Of a DNA stretch of 64,000 nucleotides, positions 47,464 to 54,777 are shown one piece after another. The notes under the pieces are model-generated. The model did not search any database. It was given only the letters and a program-made list of their open reading frames with translations, and was not told the DNA's origin. How positions within the stretch are numbered: position 1 is the stretch's first letter; the number at the start of each line of letters is the position of its first letter. Source of the DNA: Candidatus Thorarchaeota archaeon (lineage in GTDB: Archaea > Asgardarchaeota > Thorarchaeia > Thorarchaeales > Thorarchaeaceae). The position numbers were made by a program, and so were the translations under genes. The DNA lies in NCBI GenBank assembly GCA_048884965.1, contig JBHLQH010000004.1, positions 115,368 through 179,367 of the forward strand, in the 5' to 3' direction.

Positions 47464-47590
47464 ACCGGTGTAGCACAGTTGGTAGTGCGCCTGCCTAGTA
47501 AGCAACGCACCAAAAGAGTGCGCCTGCCTTGTAAGCAGGTGGTCGAGAGTTCGAAGCTCTCCATCGGTTCCATTCCGAACACCGGTACCA
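47464..47590 (+). tRNA. tRNA-Thr with duplicated arms (anticodons AGU and UGU) and two CCA ends
   Basis: ACCGGTG pairs with CATCGGT (TCCA, 47572) or CACCGGT (ACCA, 47590). 21-nt direct repeat at 47484-47504 and 47517-47537. Confidence 0.7.
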
Positions 47591-47595
47591 TTTGA

Positions 47596-47670
47596 GTGGG
47601 GATACGCTAAGGGTAGACGACCAGACTGTTGATCTGGGATGTGTCGGTTCGAATCCGACTCCCTGCTCCA
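47596..47670 (+). tRNA. tRNA-Asn(GUU)
   Basis: GTGGGGA/TCCCTGC, CCAGA-CTGTTGA-TCTGG, TCCA end. Confidence 0.83.
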
Positions 47671-47675
47671 TCTTC

Positions 47676-47763
47676 GGTCGGATGGCTGAGTGGTTTAAGG
47701 CTCTGGTCTTGAAAATCAGCGCAGGTAAAACTGCCAGAGGTTCGAATCCTCTTCCGATCGCCA
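47676..47763 (+). tRNA. tRNA-Ser(UGA)
   Basis: GGTCGGA/TCCGATC, long variable arm GCAG/CTGC, G73-CCA. Confidence 0.92.
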
Positions 47764-47767
47764 TCAT

Positions 47768-47841
47768 GGGACACTAGTGTAATGGTAACATCTAAGCTTG
47801 TCGCGCTTTGGCTGGGGGTTCGATTCCCCCGTGTCTCGCCA
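47768..47841 (+). tRNA. tRNA-Asp(GUC)
   Basis: GGGACAC/GTGTCTC, loop TT-GTC-GC, GCCA end. Confidence 0.87.
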
Positions 47842-47844
47842 TAT

Positions 47845-47932
47845 GTCTGGGTGGCAGAGAGGTATAATGCACTAGTCTGCTAAGCTAGATTCCTTCTCGG
47901 AAACGCAAGTTCAAATCTTGCCCCAGACGCCA
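47845..47932 (+). tRNA. tRNA-Ser(GCU)
   Basis: GTCTGGG/CCCAGAC, loop CT-GCT-AA, variable arm TTCC/GGAA, GCCA end. Confidence 0.9.
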
Positions 47933-47998
47933 TTGACAATGTAATTCTGAATATGGGAAATAGAGATACTAATACACAATGAGAAGAATGGGGGGTGG

Positions 47999-48030
47999 GT
48001 GGGAGCAAAGATCAGCTCGCTTGCTCCCAC
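47999..48030. terminator. Hairpin at the end of the tRNA array
   Basis: GTGGGAGCAA...TTGCTCCCAC 10-bp inverted repeat. Confidence 0.5.
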
Positions 48031-48273
48031 TTAGGAACTAGGGGTTAAGAATTGCAAAAGGAGTCTACCAAGTTTATCTTGGAGTTGAGGTTTTCGGCTT
48101 TTGCTTTTGCTCTTCCTTCTTAGGAGGAGTAATTGGCTTCTTGTCCTTAGACATCTTTTCACCTCTATGGACGCATAAAGGATCCTTTGCCTAGGAGAGT
48201 AAGAAATCATCAACCGGGAGATTTTCTGATTTCCACAGACTGTACAAAAGCAACCTTGGACATAGTGTGGCAT
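48031..48273 (-). CDS. Possible small basic protein
   Basis: 80-aa ORF with CTVC and a K/R-rich tail. Its stop abuts a hairpin. Confidence 0.3.
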   Translation of the reverse strand: MPHYVQGCFCTVCGNQKISRLMISYSPRQRILYASIEVKRCLRTRSQLLLLRRKSKSKSRKPQLQDKLGRLLLQFLTPSS

Positions 48274-48361
48274 AACTTGGATATAACCCTATTCCCTCAT
48301 TTTTAGGCCTTAATAGGGCCATTTTGATGAATTCAAGACCATATAGAGCCAAAAATATGAC

Positions 48362-48392
48362 AAAAAAAGGATGAGGGGAGTGAGTCCCCTCA
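48362..48392 (-). terminator. Hairpin plus U-tract terminator of the solute-binding protein gene
   Basis: TGAGGGGA-GTGAG-TCCCCTCA with A7 on the + strand. Confidence 0.6.
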
Positions 48393-48398
48393 CATGAA

Positions 48399-50222
48399 TT
48401 ATCTTTGCCTGAGCAGAACGTATCCACCAACAAGGATCACGACTGCTGCGCCTACAGCTCCAGCAATTATCGCTAGGGTCAGGTCTGCTGCACCAGAGGG
48501 ATCAGTATTGGAGGTTGATGAGGTTATATGCTCGATACCAAAGAAGTAGTTCGGATTATAGACTAGCTCACAGAACTCTCCTGCAACATACTCAGACACG
48601 TTGAAAGGACCCGATGTGACCATAGTCTCGGTTGGAGGATGTGGATTCCAAGTATTCCAGTTCTCGACACCTATGTTCTCAAACACATGTTTTGGAATAA
48701 TGGGTTTGTAGCCAGCAACATGTACATGCCAATAGGATTCTGTATCGAATTCCACGATACATGAATATGGAGTTGGTGCGAAAGCTGCGGACATGGATGA
48801 CAGGTCAGCTCCAAATTGATTTCCGGGAGAGTCCCGATAGTAGTTCAATGTGAAAGCTACATCCTCTGCTGTTAAGGGAGTTCCATCACTCCAAGTAGCA
48901 TTCTGGATAATCTGGAATGTAATTCGGGTGCTACCATCTGGTATCACAGGATTGTCATCATGCGTCTCGACGGTGTAGGACTCTGCTAACCAGAGCATAT
49001 CGTTGCCTGCTGGATCTAGGACGATGAGTTGATCATAAAGCTGATTCAACACATTAGCAGTGTATGCAGAGGTGCTTGCCATGAAGTTGAAGGTATCCAA
49101 ATCCAAAGGATTGCTCCAACGAAATGTTCCACCAAAGGGACCACCAGCAGAAGTCTTCAGGTGGATCTTATAATTAGTCCACCATCCCGGAACGCCGTTG
49201 CTTACATCATTGATGAACCCATCAAACTTGTCTGTCCTATAGGCTGACAAGAGCACGTTCTCATAGCAGATGATTTCCGGGCACTCATAGACCCATATTT
49301 TCTGCATCTCTTGACATGCCTCGAGTACTTCATCATAGTCTGTGGCATGCTGCAGTTGATATGCCCAACTATCAAAGGTCGCGTTCCGGAACATTGGGTA
49401 ATTCAGGTATGGTTCAGTTGCGTAAGCAGAGCCGTATGTGTATGCCAGGAAATCAGTATCGAATGTGTTGAATGAAGTACCAAGGAAAACAATATCGAAA
49501 TCTCCATGGAAGTACAAACGATTCAGATACTCATAGAAGTCAGTTGAGATGGATGTAGCTTCAATGCTTAAGTCTGTCAATGCCGCAGCTGCGAGCTGTC
49601 CAACCTCGATCGCGATGTTTGATGATTGAGCACACTCAACAAGAACATCAAAATTTGAGCCATCGGGCGCTTCTCTGTATCCATCTTCATCAATATCAAT
49701 GAATCCCGCTGCATCTAACAGCTCATTTCCTTTCACAACATTTGCCTCATAGTATGTGTAGGGCAGTTGTCCTTCTATTGACATGGGATTGACTTGAGGT
49801 ATTACACTATCCTGTGGGACTGAAAGCCCTCCCCAGACATCATCTGAGATTGCCTCCTTATCCAAAGCAAATGCTAGTGCCCTCCTGAAGGAAGTTATGT
49901 TGAAAGGATATTTTGCACAGTTAATTACCATGTATCCATATCCATTCCTCAGCACATTCGCGACATCTATATTCTCGGACTCAACAAGAGTGTCAAGGAA
50001 CGTTGGATCAACCATATCCCCAATCAAATCGATTTCATCATCTTGCAATGCGAGAACCTGTTGGTCATCGCCAGTGATGACATCGAACACCAGTTTCTCA
50101 ACATAGGGTCCACTTTTTGTAGAGCCTGGCAGTGTATCCTGAGCAGATACAAGTATCGGTGATACTGCCATCAAGAGAAAAGCAGTCGTGATGATTGAGG
50201 CCAATATCTTCGTCTTATTCAT
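48399..50222 (-). CDS. ABC transporter substrate-binding protein, family 5 (peptide/nickel), C-terminally anchored
   Basis: FRRALAFALD, WSDGTPLTAEDVAFT and TSGPF motifs, signal peptide, C-terminal TM. Confidence 0.9.
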   Translation of the reverse strand: MNKTKILASIITTAFLLMAVSPILVSAQDTLPGSTKSGPYVEKLVFDVITGDDQQVLALQDDEIDLIGDMVDPTFLDTLVESENIDVANVLRNGYGYMVINCAKYPFNITSFRRALAFALDKEAISDDVWGGLSVPQDSVIPQVNPMSIEGQLPYTYYEANVVKGNELLDAAGFIDIDEDGYREAPDGSNFDVLVECAQSSNIAIEVGQLAAAALTDLSIEATSISTDFYEYLNRLYFHGDFDIVFLGTSFNTFDTDFLAYTYGSAYATEPYLNYPMFRNATFDSWAYQLQHATDYDEVLEACQEMQKIWVYECPEIICYENVLLSAYRTDKFDGFINDVSNGVPGWWTNYKIHLKTSAGGPFGGTFRWSNPLDLDTFNFMASTSAYTANVLNQLYDQLIVLDPAGNDMLWLAESYTVETHDDNPVIPDGSTRITFQIIQNATWSDGTPLTAEDVAFTLNYYRDSPGNQFGADLSSMSAAFAPTPYSCIVEFDTESYWHVHVAGYKPIIPKHVFENIGVENWNTWNPHPPTETMVTSGPFNVSEYVAGEFCELVYNPNYFFGIEHITSSTSNTDPSGAADLTLAIIAGAVGAAVVILVGGYVLLRQR

Positions 50223-50522
50223 TTTTCATTTCTCTCCAAAAACCGGTCGAAGTCAGGAGATAGAGGAGGAGAGAGATGTCGCATGATACATGAGCGGACT
50301 CGGTATGGATTTTTGGAAACAGGGAATCGCTCGACTCTGAGTACATCACAATGCTGTCAGACATTTTGTACGTGCTCGATTGGTATCATGAATTGACATC
50401 TCAACTCATGAGAATAAGAAGCATGATAGAATATTAAGGACAGTCACGGCTGCAGGCAGTTTTGCATTGAAAATACACAAAGAAGTTGATAGGCTTGATT
50501 AGGTTCAGGAGGGTATGAATTA

Positions 50523-50558
50523 AAAAAAGAGAGGAGCTCAACCATTATGGTTGAGCTA
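50523..50558 (-). terminator. Hairpin plus U-tract terminator
   Basis: AGCTCAACCA-TTA-TGGTTGAGCT next to an A-run on the + strand. Confidence 0.55.
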
Positions 50559-50576
50559 TGTGACTATTGGCAGTTG

Positions 50577-50933
50577 TTAGCCTATGACAAGAGATATGAT
50601 ACCTTTGTCTGGGTCGATGTCTAAATCAAGGAGGTCTTTGAGTTCGTCGTCTACCTGGAGAGGATAGGATGATATCAGACCAAGCACGATTTCTTGAAGC
50701 TCTGCTATTCTATCTGGATTAATTGAATATGAAATATTCCTCATATCTGTAAGATCAGGAGTCTTCTTGACGAGATCCTCATCAACTAGGTTGGAGATCG
50801 CGAAGAAAATCGTTCTCGATGGCATACTCGTAAACAGTGCAATCTGTTTAGGTGTGACAGGTCCGTTCTCTTTAATGAAATCAAAAACCTCGACCGCTCT
50901 TTTGGTCAGACTACATATTTTGATTCCAGGCAT
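50577..50933 (-). CDS. MarR-like winged-helix regulator
   Basis: TPKQI...RTIFFAISNLVDEDLV...DLTDMR pattern. Confidence 0.8.
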   Translation of the reverse strand: MPGIKICSLTKRAVEVFDFIKENGPVTPKQIALFTSMPSRTIFFAISNLVDEDLVKKTPDLTDMRNISYSINPDRIAELQEIVLGLISSYPLQVDDELKDLLDLDIDPDKGIISLVIG

Positions 50934-51138
50934 TATATTGTGCTCCTACGATAGTCATAGAATTCTTAACGAATCGATGCTATACTATGATAGTCGTAGC
51001 TAATTCTTTATTAAATATGCACATCAGAGTAATATTGAAATATTGGTTTATTTATCAAACCATATTGAATTTAATCTGTGTATTGCATAGCATTCAGAAG
51101 AGAATATAAAGCGGGACAAGAGTCCAAAGGCGGCGAAC

Positions 51139-51906
51139 ATGATGGAATCCAATCAACCAGATGGTCTGAAGGGTATCAGACTAACAGAAGAAGGGAAAAA
51201 ACCCATGCAGAAGCTCCTAGTTATTGGAGATTCTGAGATGGCAGATGTCCTAAGTGATTCGGTTCGGATAAACATCATGACACTTCTTAGAATCGGAATT
51301 CCAGATAGGATGACAACAAAGACTATCGATGAAGAAACAGGAGATACTATAATTCGTGAGAGAAACATCACACGACATGCATTGTCAGTCGTTGAATTGA
51401 TGAACCTGTCCAATGATTCTTCTCTTGATGTTGACCCTGTATCTATGAGCCAGATATATCATCACCTGCCAAAGCTGGTTGAGAGTGGATATATCATAAA
51501 ATATGGGACTGTGACGAAAGGAGGGCGAACAACAGACTACTATCGAAGAACAGCTGAAGTCATAATCTTCATTCCTAATGCAGAAACAACATATGCTGAT
51601 GGCGAACAGCACGACCAGATCATGAGGCGTCAGTATCGTGTCTACATAGACAAGCTTGTGGAGTTATTCGATATCAAACTTGCAGAGCAGGAATATGAGA
51701 AGGGGATTGATCTGCTCATTGAGAGAAACGATATCGAAAATCAATCAGAAACCATAGATAAGATTCAAAGAATGGCTTTGCGCGATATTGCCTCTCCGTA
51801 TGATCTAGTTCTGTTCATGGAGATGGTATCACTTTATCATATGAGTAATCCAGCATGGCTAGATGTTTCGAGAAGGTTACGAGAGCTATTCTACAAAGGT
51901 ATGTGA
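51139..51906 (+). CDS. ArsR-like winged-helix protein
   Basis: LSDSVRINIM...IYHHLPKLVESGYI...YYRRTA pattern. Confidence 0.75.
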   Translation: MMESNQPDGLKGIRLTEEGKKPMQKLLVIGDSEMADVLSDSVRINIMTLLRIGIPDRMTTKTIDEETGDTIIRERNITRHALSVVELMNLSNDSSLDVDPVSMSQIYHHLPKLVESGYIIKYGTVTKGGRTTDYYRRTAEVIIFIPNAETTYADGEQHDQIMRRQYRVYIDKLVELFDIKLAEQEYEKGIDLLIERNDIENQSETIDKIQRMALRDIASPYDLVLFMEMVSLYHMSNPAWLDVSRRLRELFYKGM

Positions 51907-51910
51907 AGCC

Positions 51911-52120
51911 CTATACGTAATTCAGGAAATACATGTGTGTCAGACGACTTCTAATCTCCCTGGAAGTTGTTTCCTCTGCAAATAACCTCATAAATCGCTC
52001 AGTATCAACTCGCCATCTATCAATACAAGCCTGTAGCTTAGTTTCAGCAGAATCGAAATCCCCTCTCTCAAATAGAATCTTTATCTCCTCGAACGCATTC
52101 TCTAATTCTGAATCGACCAT
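51911..52120 (-). CDS. Hypothetical helical protein
   Basis: 69-aa ORF converging on the upstream gene, with a GGTGA Shine-Dalgarno-like element. Confidence 0.5.
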   Translation of the reverse strand: MVDSELENAFEEIKILFERGDFDSAETKLQACIDRWRVDTERFMRLFAEETTSREIRSRLTHMYFLNYV

Positions 52121-52276
52121 CTATCTATCTATCACTTTCACCAATTTACAATTTTCGAATGTCTTAATCTGACGGATTAATACCGTCACATGAAGCAAAC
52201 ACACAGGAAAGAATGAAAGGGGCTATATGTACCCATGTTTTTTCTCAGATGACTGAAAGGATACTGAGGTTTCAAT

Positions 52277-53713
52277 TTGGTGCGAATAGAATTTCTCTCG
52301 GCGGGTGATATCGAGAAAATACATTCTACATCACTTGAGATTCTAGAGAAGACTGGCGTTCTTGTCCGAAATATTGCTGCTCTGAGTCTACTAGTTGAGG
52401 CAGGATGTGAAACTATCTCCGAGGTTGTAAGAATTCCTTCCAATCTGGTTGAAGAATGTTTGAAGAAGACACCAAGCTCTTTCAAGATATATTCACAGGA
52501 TGGGGAGGAAGAGAGGTTAGTTGGAGAAGGAGATGTAATCTTCAACCCAGGTTCTTCAGTTTCCAATGTGTTAGATCATAAAACAGGTGCTATCCGTAAA
52601 GCCACCTCTCAAGACCTAATCGAATCGATACAGATCACTGAAGTGATGGACCACATATCAGCACAAAGTACCTCAATGATTCCTGCTGATATTCCAAATC
52701 TAACATCAGATTTCTATCGACTCTATACTGTTCTCAAGTATTCCAAGAAGCCTATCATCAGTGGAGCATTTCGAAAAGAGGGCATCGAGGATATGCTCAC
52801 ATTGCTCACCTGTGGTAGTTCGTTAGAAGAATGGAGAAAGAAGCCTACTGCCATCTTTGATTGCTGTCCATTATCCCCATTGACATGGAGTGATACATCA
52901 GCTCAAAACTTGGTCGATTGTGCTTGTTCAGGAATCCCTGCTGAGATTGTACCAGCTCCACTAATGGGAGCGACCAGTCCAATAACCATTGCGGGGACTT
53001 TGGCACAGACAAATGCGGAGATACTCAGCGGAATAGTGATTGCACAGCTTGCGAGTTCCAGAAGTCCGGTGGTCTATGGCGGGGCACCCTCACCCCTAGA
53101 TATGATCCTTGCTACACCACGTTATGGTTCTATTGAATCTATGATGACAGCATGTGCTGCGGCAGAGATTGGAAAGCATTATGGTCTACCGACTCATGCA
53201 TATCTCGGGATTTCAGATTCCAAGACCATAGATGCACAGCTAGGCTTCGAATCAGCATTGGGACTAATGCTTGGCGCGCTAGCACGAATCGACATCATCT
53301 CAGGTCCTGGAGCTTTAGCCTTCATAAATTGTCAATCGTTAGAAAAACTGGTGATTGATAATGAGATATGTGGCACTGCATTCAGACTAACGAGAGGAAT
53401 CGATTTCGAGGATTTCCAAGTCATCGCAGAACTTATCGCCAAGGTTGGACATTCTGGAGATTTCCTGAAACAACGACATACCTCAAAGAAGGTTCGACAA
53501 GAACACTTCATGCCATTAGACATCATTGATAGAATGACCCAAGATTCATGGTTGGCCTCTGGATCAATGACTACACAGGAACGAGCAAGACGGCGAGTCA
53601 ATGCAATTCTATCATTACCGCCCACTACTGATCCTGAATCAGAATATCAGAAGCAGTTGGAAAGAACCATGAAAGCACTTCTATCAAGATATGAGGTTTC
53701 AATCAATCTATAA
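52277..53713 (+). CDS. MttB-superfamily (trimethylamine/quaternary amine) methyltransferase, non-pyrrolysine
   Basis: SPL, MGATSPITIAGTL, SDSKTIDAQ and GDFLKQRHT motifs. No in-frame TAG. Confidence 0.9.
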   Translation: MVRIEFLSAGDIEKIHSTSLEILEKTGVLVRNIAALSLLVEAGCETISEVVRIPSNLVEECLKKTPSSFKIYSQDGEEERLVGEGDVIFNPGSSVSNVLDHKTGAIRKATSQDLIESIQITEVMDHISAQSTSMIPADIPNLTSDFYRLYTVLKYSKKPIISGAFRKEGIEDMLTLLTCGSSLEEWRKKPTAIFDCCPLSPLTWSDTSAQNLVDCACSGIPAEIVPAPLMGATSPITIAGTLAQTNAEILSGIVIAQLASSRSPVVYGGAPSPLDMILATPRYGSIESMMTACAAAEIGKHYGLPTHAYLGISDSKTIDAQLGFESALGLMLGALARIDIISGPGALAFINCQSLEKLVIDNEICGTAFRLTRGIDFEDFQVIAELIAKVGHSGDFLKQRHTSKKVRQEHFMPLDIIDRMTQDSWLASGSMTTQERARRRVNAILSLPPTTDPESEYQKQLERTMKALLSRYEVSINL

Positions 53714-53755
53714 GTCCGTACGACTCATAATACGATGCTAGGGGGTTTCAATTCA

Positions 53756-54103
53756 ATGAATCGATGCCGAAATTGCGGAGAAACGATTGATGAACAACAG
53801 GCAGACAACTTCAATGGTCTATGCCCAGCATGTGTGAGACAAAGCAGATCGCCCCAATCACGAGACAATCTTTCTTGTGAATTGGGTATCTGGGCAATCA
53901 TGATGTGGGGTGGAGTTCTAGTGGTCCTTGGATCACTTGTGGGACCACTATGGCTATCCTTTCTAATGCCGGTCTTGATCCCAGGTTTCATAGCAGCCTT
54001 ATCGCCGTTTATTGTCATTGGAGCAGTAACTGGAATTATTGTAGCTTGGTTCGGGAGAAAGATGTACAGAGAAACAAAGGCAAAGGGGAATGCACAATAC
54101 TAA
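53756..54103 (+). CDS. Small membrane protein with N-terminal zinc finger
   Basis: CRNC...CPAC followed by 2-3 TM segments. Confidence 0.65.
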   Translation: MNRCRNCGETIDEQQADNFNGLCPACVRQSRSPQSRDNLSCELGIWAIMMWGGVLVVLGSLVGPLWLSFLMPVLIPGFIAALSPFIVIGAVTGIIVAWFGRKMYRETKAKGNAQY

Positions 54104-54125
54104 TGGCAATCATGCAACAGATTCC

Positions 54126-54374
54126 TTATTCTAGCCCTGCCATGGTTCGACATTGCTCAATTTTCTCTTGAACTGAAACTCGAAGCTTGGCAGCTTCGAT
54201 ACTTTCTTCTTCGCCAGATTTCTCATACTTTCTCAGCTCATAGAGATCCTTAGTCATAGCAATAAAAGTCGACTCAATCTCTCGTAGCTGTTTTGGTCCA
54301 ACGCTTGCTCGGAATTCGGAATCTCTAAACCGCTCCTCAAGTTTATCAATTTCTTCATCAAAATTCATCATCAA
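54126..54374 (-). CDS. Hypothetical coiled-coil protein
   Basis: 82-aa charged helical ORF. Confidence 0.55.
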   Translation of the reverse strand: MMMNFDEEIDKLEERFRDSEFRASVGPKQLREIESTFIAMTKDLYELRKYEKSGEEESIEAAKLRVSVQEKIEQCRTMAGLE

Positions 54375-54445
54375 TCAGTGGATACTAAATTGAATCTAAA
54401 ATAAAGACTGTCCTATACACCTAATTCTGAAAATGTGGCAGGTAC

Positions 54446-54682
54446 TCAAATATTGGGCATATCAGGTAGTGGGCATGCCAAGGTTTGCTTCCTATGACGC
54501 CAATAGACAGCCCAACTCGTGCTGAATTCATTCTTTATGAGCAGATGTCGATCGACACTGAGGACAGCTGCAAGTTCCAGAGCTTGACGCAGGCTCAGAT
54601 TATCCTCATACAACTTGTATACCTGACCATTCGCTAGTAGCCACTTCTTGCTGCTCATGATAATTTGTATATGTATGGACAT
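54446..54682 (-). CDS. Hypothetical protein
   Basis: ORF with an upstream GAGGT Shine-Dalgarno-like element. Confidence 0.5.
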   Translation of the reverse strand: MSIHIQIIMSSKKWLLANGQVYKLYEDNLSLRQALELAAVLSVDRHLLIKNEFSTSWAVYWRHRKQTLACPLPDMPNI

Positions 54683-54777
54683 ATAACCTCAGATAGAGTT
54701 GAGTAGGAGAGTATGGAGTATGAAGTTACTTAAGGCTAGATGTTTACACAACACCAATCAAAATAGGGGTGATACAC

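Noticed and set aside
45437-47777. ORFs in the track overlapping the RNA island (45437-45844, 45958-46167, 46026-46337, 46452-46817, 46848-47081, 46887-47297, 47495-47767, 47592-47777)
   Set aside because: They are shadows of tRNA or structured RNA sequence (GFEP/GSNP peptides from T-arms) or antisense to the real 78-aa ORF.
44000-48400. Prophage or integrative element carrying the tRNAs
   Set aside because: No integrase, terminase, capsid or transposase gene, and no flanking att-like direct repeats were seen.
52277-53713. Pyrrolysine recoding in mttB
   Set aside because: The ORF is full length with no in-frame TAG.
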